Under the pieces are notes generated by a model. The model made no database searches, was not told where the DNA came from, and saw only the letters and a list, made by a program, of their open reading frames with translations. The translations under genes were made by a program, and so were the position numbers. Positions 30,947 through 42,615 of a stretch of 64,000 bases of DNA are shown piece after piece (position 1 is the first letter of the stretch; each line of letters opens with the position of its first letter). The stretch covers positions 13,188-77,187 of the forward strand of contig VBOG01000098.1 of assembly GCA_005877815.1 (NCBI GenBank), in the 5' to 3' direction. This stretch comes from Nitrospirota bacterium. GTDB lineage: Bacteria > Nitrospirota > Nitrospiria > Nitrospirales > NS-4.

Positions 30947-32290
30947 ATGCTGAACGTATTGTCGGCAAAACTTGAAGGCATTTTCAAGCGCCTCCGTGGC
31001 CAGGGTGTTCTGTCTGAGGCGAATGTCGCAGAGGCTCTGAAAGAAGTCCGCCTGGCACTGCTTGAGGCCGATGTCAACTTCAAGATCGTGAAGGACTTTG
31101 TCGAGCGTGTCCGGGTCAAAGCCGTGGGCCAGGAGGTCTTGCAGAGCCTGTCTCCCGGGCATCAAGTCGTCAAGGTGGTATGGGACGAACTCGTCGCGCT
31201 GATGGGGCCGCTCCAAACCGGCATCGCCCTATCCTCCATGCCGCCGACGGTCATCATGATGGTCGGGCTCCAGGGCGTCGGCAAAACGACGACCAGCGGA
31301 AAACTCGCGCGGTATTTCAAGGGAGCCGGCAAGCGGGTTCTGCTGGTGGCTGCCGATCCGCGGCGTCCCGCGGCCGTGGAACAGTTGGTGATCCTGGGGC
31401 AGTCGTTGAATATCCCAGTGTACCGCGCTGAAAATCCGTCAGCCGATGCCGTGAGCACCTGCGAACATGGCGTCGATCAGGCACGTGCCCAGGGTTACGA
31501 CGTGGTCATTTTGGACACCGGCGGACGTTTGCATATTGATGACGACTTGATGAAGGAATTGATCGCGATCAAGACCCGCACATCGCCTCATGAGATTCTG
31601 CTCGTCGCCGACGCCATGATCGGTCAGGATGCGGTGGAGATGGCCGAGCAATTCAATCGCGAAATAGGAGTGACCGGCATCATCCTGACGAAGGTCGAAG
31701 GGGATGCCCGCGGCGGCGCTATTCTGTCCATCAAGGCCGTCACTGGAAAGCCCATAAAATTCCTCGGCACCGGCGAAAAACTGGACGCCTTGGAGCCTTT
31801 TCACCCGGACCGCATGGCATCGCGCATTCTCGGGATGGGGGATGTGCTGTCATTGATCGAGAAGGCCCAAGAAGCGGTGGATCAGGACCAGGCCCAGGCG
31901 ATGGTCCAAAAGCTCCAGTCCGATGGGCTCACGCTGGCCGATTTTCGGGAACAATTGAAGCAGGTGAACAAACTCGGGTCTCTGGACCAGATCCTGGACA
32001 TGCTGCCGGGCGGCCAGCGGCTCAAGGATATGGCAGGCGCGGGCCTTCCCGAAAAAGAACTGGCGAAAACGGCGGCTATTATCGACTCGATGACGCCCAA
32101 AGAGCGGCTGGACCATACGCTGCTCAACGGCAGTCGCAAGAAACGCATCGCGAAGGGCAGCGGGACCAGCGCACAGGATGTCAATCGGCTCATCAAGCAA
32201 TTCCTCGAGGCGCGAAAAATGATGAAAGCATTATCGGGCCGCGGGGGACGGAAGTGGTTAGGCAAACCGAATCGCGCGCTCTTATCCTGA
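30947..32290 (+). CDS. ffh: Signal recognition particle protein
   Basis: LLEADVN, GLQGVGKTTT, GDARGG, FHPDRMASRILGMGD, M domain. Confidence 0.97.
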   Translation: MLNVLSAKLEGIFKRLRGQGVLSEANVAEALKEVRLALLEADVNFKIVKDFVERVRVKAVGQEVLQSLSPGHQVVKVVWDELVALMGPLQTGIALSSMPPTVIMMVGLQGVGKTTTSGKLARYFKGAGKRVLLVAADPRRPAAVEQLVILGQSLNIPVYRAENPSADAVSTCEHGVDQARAQGYDVVILDTGGRLHIDDDLMKELIAIKTRTSPHEILLVADAMIGQDAVEMAEQFNREIGVTGIILTKVEGDARGGAILSIKAVTGKPIKFLGTGEKLDALEPFHPDRMASRILGMGDVLSLIEKAQEAVDQDQAQAMVQKLQSDGLTLADFREQLKQVNKLGSLDQILDMLPGGQRLKDMAGAGLPEKELAKTAAIIDSMTPKERLDHTLLNGSRKKRIAKGSGTSAQDVNRLIKQFLEARKMMKALSGRGGRKWLGKPNRALLS

Positions 32291-32330
32291 CCGACGCGTA
32301 CATTTCAACCAGAGAGGAGAGACGACAAAC

Positions 32331-32597
32331 GTGGTACGACTTAGATTGACAAGAGGGGGCCGTCACAAACGGCCGTTCTACCGGATTGTGGCCGCCGATT
32401 CCCGCATGCCGCGTGATGGCCGGTATCTTGAAGTGCTGGGCACGTATGATCCCTTGAAAACGCCGGCCGCCATCACCATGAAGCAGGAACGGGTGCTGGC
32501 ATGGCTGAAGAAGGGTGCGCAGCCGTCGGTCACCGTGCATAATCTCTTGCATCGGACGGGACTGCTAAAGCAGATAAAGGCCGCAGCCAAAGCCTAG
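32331..32597 (+). CDS. rpsP: 30S ribosomal protein S16
   Basis: MVRLRLTRGGRHKRPFYRIVAADSR.PRDGR. Confidence 0.97.
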   Translation: MVRLRLTRGGRHKRPFYRIVAADSRMPRDGRYLEVLGTYDPLKTPAAITMKQERVLAWLKKGAQPSVTVHNLLHRTGLLKQIKAAAKA

Positions 32598-32627
32598 GCT
32601 GTTTGAACGCGAGGTCGGGACCGGACC

Positions 32628-33185
32628 ATGGAGTCAGGGACACACAAAGAGAGATCGGATATGGTGGCGATCGGGAAAGTTCTCGGCGTGCACGGATTGC
32701 GCGGAGATGTCAGAGTGCAGTCGTATTCGGATGTACCGGGACGTTTTGAAGGCCTGAGGAAAGTGACGATGCTGAATCCACGAACAGGCGCCCGCACATT
32801 GGTCGTGCAGGGAGTGAGGAGCACACCGTCCGGGTACCTCGTGAATTTCGAGGGCATCGACACACCCGAAGCAGCGGCGAGCCTAGTCGGAGCCATCCTG
32901 CAGATTCCACAACAGCCGCTCGCCCCCTTGTCCGATGACCGGTATTATGAATGCGATCTTCTGGGCATGGAGGTCAGGACTGAAGAAGGACTCGTTGTGG
33001 GCGCCCTCACCGACATCCTATCGACGACGAGCAATGCGATCTTTGTGGTGCGTGGAGCGGAAGGCTCCGAACATTTGATTCCCGCGACAAAAGAGATTGT
33101 CAGGACCATTGACGTGCCGCATCGCATGATGACGGTGCGGCAGATGGCGGGTCTGCTGGATGAGGGAGCCGCCGATGCGGTGTGA
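32628..33185 (+). CDS. rimM: 16S rRNA processing protein RimM
   Basis: IGKVLGVHGLRG, YY..DLLGMEV, LIP; position in the rpsP-trmD block. Confidence 0.93.
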   Translation: MESGTHKERSDMVAIGKVLGVHGLRGDVRVQSYSDVPGRFEGLRKVTMLNPRTGARTLVVQGVRSTPSGYLVNFEGIDTPEAAASLVGAILQIPQQPLAPLSDDRYYECDLLGMEVRTEEGLVVGALTDILSTTSNAIFVVRGAEGSEHLIPATKEIVRTIDVPHRMMTVRQMAGLLDEGAADAV

Positions 33186-33915
33186 GATTCTCACCCTGTT
33201 TCCTGAGATGGTCGAGGCGGTGCTGAATGCCAGCATGCTCAAACGCGCCTGTGACAAAGGGTTGCTGGACGTTCACATCGTCAATCTGCGGGACTACGCC
33301 GAGGGACCGCATAAAACCGCCGACGATGCCCCGTACGGTGGAGGGGCCGGCATGGTCCTGAAGCCGGAGCCGGTCTTTCGAGCGGTCGATGAACTGCGTG
33401 CGAAGAACGATCCGTGTCGGATGCTGCTCATGTCGCCTCAAGGTCGGCCATTCAATCAGCAGCTTGCGGAAGAGCTGGCGAACGAGCGGCGACGGCTGGT
33501 GTTTCTCTGCGGCCATTACGAGGGGATCGACGAGCGGGTGCGACTTGGACTCGCGCCCGAAGAGCTGTCTGTCGGCGATTATGTCCTCACGGGAGGGGAG
33601 CTGGCGGCTCTTGTCGTCATCGATGCCGCCGCGCGCCTCGTTCCCGGCGTCCTCGGCGATCCCCATTCGGCCGAAGTCGATTCTTTTTCCGGGTCCCTCT
33701 TGGACTATCCTCACTACACCCGTCCCCCGATTTTTCGGGGCATGGAAGTGCCGGAGGTCCTGCGGTCCGGCAACCATCAGGCCATTGAAGCCTGGCGTCG
33801 GGCGCAGGCCCTCCAGAATACATACATGAAGCGGCCCGATTTACTGGACCGCGCGACATTGACGTCCGACGACCGGCAAGTCCTGCACGAGTTTTCTCGC
33901 CGGGGCGGAGCATAA
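33175..33915 (+). CDS. trmD: tRNA (guanine-N1)-methyltransferase
   Basis: DDAPYGGGAGMVLK, CGHYEGIDER, SVGDYVLTGGE, YPHYTRP. Start moved to ATG 33175. Confidence 0.97.
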   Translation: MRCEILTLFPEMVEAVLNASMLKRACDKGLLDVHIVNLRDYAEGPHKTADDAPYGGGAGMVLKPEPVFRAVDELRAKNDPCRMLLMSPQGRPFNQQLAEELANERRRLVFLCGHYEGIDERVRLGLAPEELSVGDYVLTGGELAALVVIDAAARLVPGVLGDPHSAEVDSFSGSLLDYPHYTRPPIFRGMEVPEVLRSGNHQAIEAWRRAQALQNTYMKRPDLLDRATLTSDDRQVLHEFSRRGGA

Positions 33916-33945
33916 CGACAGCAAGCAGAGAGAGGAGACGCAGTC

Positions 33946-34362
33946 ATGAATCGCCTTGAGAGAGTGCAAGCGACATTAGTCAAGAAACATGTGCCGGTCT
34001 TCGAAATCGGCGATACGGTCCGGGTTCACGTGAAGGTTATGGAAGGCGAGAAAGAGCGGGTCCAAGTATTCGAAGGGGCCGTGATCAGCCGCAAAGGCGG
34101 ACGCAATACCGAAACGTTTACGGTCCGCAAATCATCCTATGGCGTCTGGGTGGAGCGGATTTTTCCGGTGCATTCACCGGTGGTGGAGAAAGTCGATGTC
34201 GTGCGCCAGGGTCGAGTCCGACGCGCGAAGCTCTACTATCTGCGGACGAAGAAAGGCAAGATGACGCGCGTGGCCGAACGCGAATATCTCGCCGAAGGCA
34301 AGCCCAAAACTGAAACGGTTCCCGTCGGCGCCGCCTCGGAGGGCGTGACGGCCGGCGTGTAG
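33946..34362 (+). CDS. rplS: 50S ribosomal protein L19
   Basis: [29 protein letters not shown]. Confidence 0.97.
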   Translation: MNRLERVQATLVKKHVPVFEIGDTVRVHVKVMEGEKERVQVFEGAVISRKGGRNTETFTVRKSSYGVWVERIFPVHSPVVEKVDVVRQGRVRRAKLYYLRTKKGKMTRVAEREYLAEGKPKTETVPVGAASEGVTAGV

Positions 34363-34364
34363 TC

Positions 34365-34982
34365 GTGCCGCTCGTCCCCGACGACGTCTTCGAATCCGAA
34401 GCCTGGGTGCGGGGGTTTCGCTGGGTAGCCGGTCTCGATGAAGCCGGGCGGGGGCCGCTGGCGGGCCCGGTCGTCGCATCGGCGGTGATCCTTCCCCGGC
34501 GATGCCGGATCGAAGGCATTCGCGACTCCAAGCTCCTCACGCAACGACAGCGCGAACGGACGTTCGTGCAGATCCTCAACAGGGCGATCGGCATTGGTGT
34601 CGGGATTGTGGACGCCGAGGTTATCGATACCGTGAACATTCTCGAAGCGGCCCGTTTGGCGATGGAGCAGGCGGTTCGTCAGTTGCTCCCCCAGCCCGAC
34701 TACCTGATCCTGGACGCCGTGGGGTTGCCGAGGCTCGCGATCGAACAGCGGATCGTGATCAAGGCTGACGGCCTCTGCGTCGCTGTGGCCGCCGCCTCGA
34801 TCATCGCCAAAGTCACACGGGATCGATTGATGGCCGAGGCGCATGTCCGTTACCCGGAATATGGTTTTCTGCAGCACAAAGGGTACGGAACTGCGGAGCA
34901 TCTTCGGACGCTCAAGCGGTACGGACCATGCACGTTGCATCGTCGAAGTTTCCTGCCGATCCGGAAAGCCGCGGCACGGTGA
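34365..34982 (+). CDS. rnhB: Ribonuclease HII
   Basis: AGLDEAGRGPLAGPVV, DSK, ASIIAKVTRD, HKGYGT, HRRSF. Confidence 0.96.
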   Translation: MPLVPDDVFESEAWVRGFRWVAGLDEAGRGPLAGPVVASAVILPRRCRIEGIRDSKLLTQRQRERTFVQILNRAIGIGVGIVDAEVIDTVNILEAARLAMEQAVRQLLPQPDYLILDAVGLPRLAIEQRIVIKADGLCVAVAAASIIAKVTRDRLMAEAHVRYPEYGFLQHKGYGTAEHLRTLKRYGPCTLHRRSFLPIRKAAAR

Positions 34983-35353
34983 GTAATAGGACACGCGGCG
35001 CCGACGGGGAGCGCATCGCGGCGCAGTACTTGGAGAGCCGCGGCTACCGCATTCTGGAGTACAATTACCGCACACGGATGGGCGAGATTGATTTGATTGC
35101 CAAAGACGGCGTGACGTTGGTGTTCGTGGAAGTGAAGGCGAGAACCAACGACCGGTTCGGCGGGCCTGCGGAGGCGATCACGAAGGCCAAGCAAGCCCGT
35201 GTCGCACGGTTGGCCCAGCAGTACCTCGCGGTCCGTCGTCTCGCGGATCGGTTGTGTCGCTTCGATGTGGTGTTGATCCGGGGAGACGATCCGAAGACGT
35301 GCAGCATTGAATTGTTGACGGGGGCGTTCGAGCTTCCACTCGGCGCATCATGA
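34979..35353 (+). CDS. YraN family protein (UPF0102)
   Basis: G..GE..AAQYLE..G, GEIDLIA, LVFVEVK, RFDVV. GTGA overlap with rnhB. Confidence 0.9.
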   Translation: MSNRTRGADGERIAAQYLESRGYRILEYNYRTRMGEIDLIAKDGVTLVFVEVKARTNDRFGGPAEAITKAKQARVARLAQQYLAVRRLADRLCRFDVVLIRGDDPKTCSIELLTGAFELPLGAS

Positions 35354-35379
35354 TCGGCGATTCCTGAGCAGCCGACGGC

Positions 35380-36048
35380 ATGATCGAGATTTTTCATGTA
35401 TCGAAAACCTATAACGGCCGCGTGGCACTTGACGACGTCAGTCTTAAGGTGGACAAGGGAGAGTTCATTTTCCTCACCGGCAGAAGCGGCGCCGGCAAAA
35501 CAACACTCCTCCGTTTGATTTTTCGCGCAGAAGTCCCCGATGAAGGGCAGATTGTTGTGAACGATCGAAACCTCGCCCATATCGCGGAATCTCGGGTGCC
35601 GTATCTGCGCCGCACCATGGGCTTTATCTTTCAGGACTTTCGGCTGCTGCAGAAAAAAACCGTCTTCGACAATGTGGCCATCACGCTCAAAGTGGTCGGC
35701 ATGCCGGAGGGACTGATGCGGCCCAAAGTCATGAATGCCCTCCGTCTCGTGGGGCTGGATCAACGCCAGGGCGCACTGCCGTCCACGCTGTCTGCCGGCG
35801 AGCAGCAGCGGCTATGCTTGGCGCGGGCCATCGTAAACGATCCGCAGGTCCTGCTCGCGGACGAACCGACGAGCAACCTCGACGCGCAACTCTCAGCGGA
35901 GATCTTCGACCTTCTGAAAGTCGTGAATCTCCGTGGCACGACGGTCGTGGTGGCGACACACAGCGCCGACATGGTGAGCTACCTGAGGCGTCGGGTCGTC
36001 ACCTTGGAAGATGGCCGTGTGATGGCAAATGGAACGGCTGAGGCGTGA
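35380..36048 (+). CDS. ftsE: Cell division ATP-binding protein FtsE
   Basis: GRSGAGKT, YLRRTMGFIFQDFRLL, LSAGEQQR, LADEPT; precedes ftsX. Confidence 0.93.
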   Translation: MIEIFHVSKTYNGRVALDDVSLKVDKGEFIFLTGRSGAGKTTLLRLIFRAEVPDEGQIVVNDRNLAHIAESRVPYLRRTMGFIFQDFRLLQKKTVFDNVAITLKVVGMPEGLMRPKVMNALRLVGLDQRQGALPSTLSAGEQQRLCLARAIVNDPQVLLADEPTSNLDAQLSAEIFDLLKVVNLRGTTVVVATHSADMVSYLRRRVVTLEDGRVMANGTAEA

Positions 36049-36947
36049 TGCAGTTTCGATATCTCCTCGAAGAAGCGGCCGACAATATGCGAACCAACCG
36101 AGCGACGACCCTCATTGCTCTCATCACGACGACCTTTGCGATGCTCGGCATGGGCATCTTTTTGCTGCTGTATCTCAACATGCAAAGTGCGGTCGGGTCT
36201 CTGCGAGAGGAGATTAAGGTCATCGTCTACCTTCGGGATTCGGTCGGACCCCAAGCGTTGGCCGAGTTAAGGGCCCAGTTCAGCGGGGATCCTGCGGTTG
36301 CCGGCATCGAGTTTATCTCCCGTGAGCAAGCCGTCATCGTATTTCGCGGCAGATTCCCATCCGAGGAACGGCTGCTGGGCGGATTGGGAGACAACCCGCT
36401 TCCGGCTTCCTTTGTGATAAAAATTGCGTCCCATTTTCGATCTTCCGAAGCCGTCGGTGCTTTTGTGCAGAAGCTCAGAGCGTATCCAGAGGTCGAGGAG
36501 GTGCTGTACAACCGAGATTGGGTTGAGAATCTCACGGCCACATTGAAATACTTGGAGATGCTTGGATTCGGAATCGGAATCGTCCTTGCCGTCTCCATGG
36601 TGACCATTCTGGCGAATACCATTCGACTCACGCTCCACAGCCGAAGAGAAGATATCGCGATCCTCCGTCTGATCGGGGCGACCCCGGTATTTATCAAGAC
36701 TCCCTTTGTTCTGGAGGGCGCGCTGCTCGGCGCCATGGGCGCTGCGTGTTCGCTCTTTCTGCTCAGGGCAGCCTATGGCGTGGCGGAAACGAAGATGACC
36801 TTGCAAGGGCCGTTCTGGGGACTCGGAAAAGGGCTGACGTTCCTTCCGTGGCGGGTCTCCCTCTCGATGCTGGTGTTGGGGATGGCACTGGGCTGCCTGG
36901 GCAGCCTGGTCTCCCTGGCAAATGTTGGGGATGTCCGAAGACAATGA
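36045..36947 (+). CDS. ftsX: Cell division permease FtsX
   Basis: NPLPASF, NTIRLT..RREDI.I.RLIGAT..FIKTPF..EG. Confidence 0.92.
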   Translation: MMQFRYLLEEAADNMRTNRATTLIALITTTFAMLGMGIFLLLYLNMQSAVGSLREEIKVIVYLRDSVGPQALAELRAQFSGDPAVAGIEFISREQAVIVFRGRFPSEERLLGGLGDNPLPASFVIKIASHFRSSEAVGAFVQKLRAYPEVEEVLYNRDWVENLTATLKYLEMLGFGIGIVLAVSMVTILANTIRLTLHSRREDIAILRLIGATPVFIKTPFVLEGALLGAMGAACSLFLLRAAYGVAETKMTLQGPFWGLGKGLTFLPWRVSLSMLVLGMALGCLGSLVSLANVGDVRRQ

Positions 36948-38134
36948 AGTTTCGCCTGCTTGTCATGCTGGCAGTGCTTGTCGTGAGCGTGCCGGCCTGG
37001 GCGTCGCCGCCCGATCGGGCTGAGCCGCTTTCGGATAAAATCAAGAAGGAGCAGCAGGCTCTCGACAAGCTCAAAGGAGAGATTCAGGAAAAGAAACGTA
37101 AATCGGATGAGGCCCAACGAAAAGAAGCGTCCGTCCTCCAATCCATCGAGGAAGCCGACCACAGGCTCAAGCTTCGTCGGGACGAACTGGCCAAGGTGAA
37201 CACCAAACTTAAGCAGAAAGATCGTGAACTGGAAGTGACGAATACAGCGCTCTATCGATTGAAGAACAGAATCGAGGAACGCCAGGGCTCCATTCGAAGC
37301 CGGCTGCGGGTCATGTACAAGGAAGGACCCGAAGCACAGGCAAAATTGCTATGGGGGGCACGCGACTACCACGATTTCATGGAACGCTCGGCCTTACTCC
37401 TATGGATTTCCCGCCGGGAATATCAGATGCTCGAAGGCTATCGGGCCGATCTCGCGCGCCTGGAGTCCACTGACGCGAAACTCCAGAGCGTTCGCGGAGA
37501 GCTTCTGGGGTATCAGCGTGATATTGCCGACAAGCTCGCGGAGGTGCGAGAGGAGCGGGGCCATAAGGACCATTTGCTGGCACGCGTGCGGGGCGAGAAG
37601 GCTTTTTATGAAAAAGCCGTCGGCGAGTTGGAAAAATCCGCCCAACGGCTTGAGACGTTGCTGCGTGAATTCGAAAGCCGTCGAAAAGCGACTGCGTCAA
37701 TACGGCCGGACGCAGCCGGAGAGGTGCTGGGAAGGCTCAAAGGGCGGCTGGTGTGGCCCAGTGATGGAGAGGTGGTCGCTCTATTCGGTCGCCAAAAACA
37801 CCCGAAGTTTGATACATATGTGCAACGGAAGGGAATTGAAATTCGCGCCAGTCAAGGAAGCATCATCCGGTCGGTGTTCGACGGCGTGGTGGTCTTCGCA
37901 GACTGGATGCGAGGGTACGGGCAATTGGCCATCGTGGATCACGGTGAAGGGTATTTTTCGCTGTACGCACACGCATCCAAGTTTCTGGTGAGTGTCGGCG
38001 AGGCGGTCCGCAGTCACCAACCGATCGGAGAAATCGGGGATACTGGGCTGACCGGAGAAAGCACCTTGTATTTTGAATTGCGCCAGGGCGGAGAAGCGTT
38101 GGACCCGCTGCTCTGGCTGGCGAAACGACGGTAA
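36944..38134 (+). CDS. envC: Murein hydrolase activator EnvC (coiled coil + M23-like)
   Basis: Signal peptide, long coiled coil, KGRL.WP, GYG.L.IVDHG, LYFELR. ATGA overlap with ftsX. Confidence 0.88.
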   Translation: MKFRLLVMLAVLVVSVPAWASPPDRAEPLSDKIKKEQQALDKLKGEIQEKKRKSDEAQRKEASVLQSIEEADHRLKLRRDELAKVNTKLKQKDRELEVTNTALYRLKNRIEERQGSIRSRLRVMYKEGPEAQAKLLWGARDYHDFMERSALLLWISRREYQMLEGYRADLARLESTDAKLQSVRGELLGYQRDIADKLAEVREERGHKDHLLARVRGEKAFYEKAVGELEKSAQRLETLLREFESRRKATASIRPDAAGEVLGRLKGRLVWPSDGEVVALFGRQKHPKFDTYVQRKGIEIRASQGSIIRSVFDGVVVFADWMRGYGQLAIVDHGEGYFSLYAHASKFLVSVGEAVRSHQPIGEIGDTGLTGESTLYFELRQGGEALDPLLWLAKRR

Positions 38135-38163
38135 TTTCGAGAGTCGGAAAAAGGAGTACGGCC

Positions 38164-39540
38164 ATGGAAGGCATGCGGCAGACGGCGAAGGCGAAATTTG
38201 GATGGGGGATGGTGTTTCTGATCGTCCTGATGGTCGGTGTCCTCATTGGGAAGGGGTGGGACAGGGCGGTCATGGCCACCGAAACCTATGAGGAACTCAA
38301 AACCTTCACCGAGGTGCTGGCCCACGTCCAAAAACATTATGTCGAAGAGGTGAAGACCAAGGATCTCGTCTATGGCGCGATTCGGGGCATGCTCGCGACG
38401 TTGGATCCTCATTCGGCATTCATGCCACCGGAAGTCTACAAGGAAGTGCAGGTAGAGACGAAAGGAGAGTTCGGCGGTGTCGGTATTCAGATCGGCATGA
38501 AAGAAAATCGCTTGACGGTCATTGCGCCCATCGACGGGACACCGGCGGAACGGGCGGGCGTCAAGGCCGCAGACATCATTCTGAAAGTGAACAACGAATC
38601 CACCAAAGACATGACGCTCATGGACGCCGTACAGAAGATGCGCGGCCCCAAGGGGACGAAGGTGACCCTCACGATGCATCGCGAAGGGGCCCCCGAGCCG
38701 CTCGTCTTCACGTTGACACGGGAAATCATCAAGATCGAGAGCGTCAAGGCCAAGATGTTGGAGGGCAACATCGGCTACATCAGGCTGACGCAGTTTCAGG
38801 ACCAGACTGCGAGGGACATGGCCGCGGCGCTCAAGAAGCTGCGCGAACAAAAGATGCAGCCGCTGATCCTCGACCTGCGGAACAATCCCGGCGGGCTTCT
38901 GACGTCCGCCATCGAAGTTTCGGAGCAGTTTGTCGGGCAAAGTCGGCTCATTGTCTATATTAAAACGCGGGAGGGTCGTAAGGACGATTACGTTTCGCAC
39001 AACAAGGAGCAACCGGACGACTATCCGATCATCGTCCTCGTCAATGAAGGAAGTGCCAGCGCATCCGAAATCGTGGCGGGGGCATTACAGGACTGGGGAC
39101 GGGCTGTCGTGGTGGGCGTGCAGACGTTCGGGAAAGGGTCCGTTCAGACCATTCTGCCGCTGGGAGATGGATCCGGACTTCGGCTGACGACGGCCAAGTA
39201 CTATACTCCGAAGGGCCGCAGTATCCATGGGGTCGGGATTGCACCGGACATTGTAGTCAAAGGCAAGCCGACGGCCACGCCGACGATCAGGGAACGAGAC
39301 CTGGACAAGCGATTGGCGGATCCTAATCAGCAGGAGGCGCCGGTTGTCCCGCCTTCCTTGGACGGTCCTCAAGCACCGAAGCAGGAGATCAAGCGGGAGA
39401 AAGACCCCAAGGCCAAAGACGTCAAGGAGACCGAGGAAGAGGACCCACAAATTCAGAAAGCCGTGGAACTTCTTAAATCGTGGCTTATTTTCAAGGAGTT
39501 ACGGCCGACTCAACGGGATAACCGGGCCGAAAAAAGTTAA
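38164..39540 (+). CDS. ctpA: S41 carboxy-terminal processing protease
   Basis: LDPHS, PDZ (FGGVGI), DLRNNPGG, SASASEI, TFGKGSVQ. Confidence 0.92.
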   Translation: MEGMRQTAKAKFGWGMVFLIVLMVGVLIGKGWDRAVMATETYEELKTFTEVLAHVQKHYVEEVKTKDLVYGAIRGMLATLDPHSAFMPPEVYKEVQVETKGEFGGVGIQIGMKENRLTVIAPIDGTPAERAGVKAADIILKVNNESTKDMTLMDAVQKMRGPKGTKVTLTMHREGAPEPLVFTLTREIIKIESVKAKMLEGNIGYIRLTQFQDQTARDMAAALKKLREQKMQPLILDLRNNPGGLLTSAIEVSEQFVGQSRLIVYIKTREGRKDDYVSHNKEQPDDYPIIVLVNEGSASASEIVAGALQDWGRAVVVGVQTFGKGSVQTILPLGDGSGLRLTTAKYYTPKGRSIHGVGIAPDIVVKGKPTATPTIRERDLDKRLADPNQQEAPVVPPSLDGPQAPKQEIKREKDPKAKDVKETEEEDPQIQKAVELLKSWLIFKELRPTQRDNRAEKS

Positions 39541-39688
39541 GAAAAAAAAGCTGAATTCCGGTGCCAAGGGGTTGATCCGTCACAAACCGGATTTATGCAC
39601 TATCTGATGGCAGCGTCTGGGAGCGGGTTTTTCCTACCAGAGCCCAAAGACGAACAAAGATCATTTTATTCAAGGAGGGGAGGAAATT

Positions 39689-41673
<1,985 letters not shown>

Positions 41674-41688
41674 GTCCGGCTTTCGACG

Positions 41689-41735
41689 AAAAAAGAAGGC
41701 CCTCAGGAGAAATGCTCCTGAGGGCCTTTCTTTTT
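41689..41735. terminator. Bidirectional intrinsic terminator
   Basis: Stem aaggccctcaggag/ctcctgagggcctt flanked by A-run and T-run. Confidence 0.9.
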
Positions 41736-41757
41736 CACTCTGACGAAAAAGCGCTGA

Positions 41758-41994
41758 TTAGACGTTCAGGACCATGCAGGTCGTGGTCTTCGTGACCCCA
41801 TCCACCGATCGGATTTTCGAGAGCAAGAGGTCGCTCAGCGCCTCCAGGCTGTCCGCTTCCACTTGCACCAGCAGGTCATAGCTTCCGCTGACCATATAGG
41901 CTGCTTTGACACCCGCCATTCGCTGGATGGTCTTAAAGACGCTCTTGGTGTGATCGCCTGTGACTTCAATCAAAATGAACGCCGAGATGCCCAT
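41758..41994 (-). CDS. Lrp/AsnC ligand-binding-domain-only protein
   Basis: AFILI..V...GV..AYMVSG.YDLLVQV....L...I.S.DGV.KT.T; no HTH. Confidence 0.85.
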   Translation of the reverse strand: MGISAFILIEVTGDHTKSVFKTIQRMAGVKAAYMVSGSYDLLVQVEADSLEALSDLLLSKIRSVDGVTKTTTCMVLNV

Positions 41995-42045
41995 CGTGTC
42001 ATGTCTCCAGTGGCGCGGGACGTTAACAAAGGCGTTGCAGACAAG

Positions 42046-42519
42046 TCAAGTCAGCGAACCGGTACGAAGCCGCGCAATGCCGTCTAGGATTTCGTCCTCT
42101 GAGGCGGTGAGTTCAGGTAGTGTGCGCAGCAGCCGCGAGCGCGTGAGAGCCTCGAGATCGTCGAGAGTCCGAATATGGAGGCGCTGGTACAAATGACGAA
42201 CGATGGCGGCGTTCAGCCCCGGGAGATTCACCCATGCGGCGATTTCAGCGGGAAGCTGTCCGGGCTCGATGGCTCCGACCTCGATCCGGCCTTTCTGGTA
42301 GAACGCCGCAACTTTTCCGGCCAAGTCCTCGCCGATGCCGCTGATCTTCGTCAGCTCTCCACGAAGAGCCAGCGCGCCCGCATCCTCCATGAGGCGGGCG
42401 ATAATGCCTGCGGCCCGGCGGTACGCTCGGATGCGATAAGGATTCGCCCCCTCATCGTCCAGTTCCGCCGCAATTCTTAAAAACTCCGCGGCGATCATGT
42501 CATTTTGGGAGGCGGACAT
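42046..42519 (-). CDS. Stand-alone PolX/Pol-beta N-terminal (HhH, 8-kDa lyase-like) domain protein
   Basis: N..IAAEF..IA....GANPYRIRAYRRAA, LTKISGIGEDLAGKV, LPGL, IRTLDDLE; stops before the palm domain. Start moved to ATG 42519. Confidence 0.8.
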   Translation of the reverse strand: MSASQNDMIAAEFLRIAAELDDEGANPYRIRAYRRAAGIIARLMEDAGALALRGELTKISGIGEDLAGKVAAFYQKGRIEVGAIEPGQLPAEIAAWVNLPGLNAAIVRHLYQRLHIRTLDDLEALTRSRLLRTLPELTASEDEILDGIARLRTGSLT

Positions 42520-42526
42520 CATCGCT

Positions 42527-42556
42527 ATTATAAGACATGCTTGATGAGTATGCGAA
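42527..42556 (-). promoter_or_regulatory. Probable leaderless promoter for the PolX-N gene
   Basis: Perfect TATAAT at 42532-42527, ATG 7 nt downstream, no SD; weak -35. Confidence 0.55.
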
Positions 42557-42574
42557 AGTGGTAATTCCGTCCGG

Positions 42575-42605
42575 TTGACAGCATTTCGTGAAGCTATGGT
42601 ATGAT
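42575..42605 (+). promoter_or_regulatory. Promoter for thiS-thiG-thiE
   Basis: TTGACA (42575-80) and extended -10 TGgTATGAT (42597-605). Confidence 0.6.
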
Positions 42606-42615
42606 GACCGAACCC

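Noticed and set aside
39541-39688. Possible CIRCE or sigma32 element upstream of groES
   Set aside because: No TTAGCACTC-N9-GAGTGCTAA and no convincing sigma32 pair; only a 5-bp inverted repeat (ATCCG-N8-CGGAT), too weak to call.
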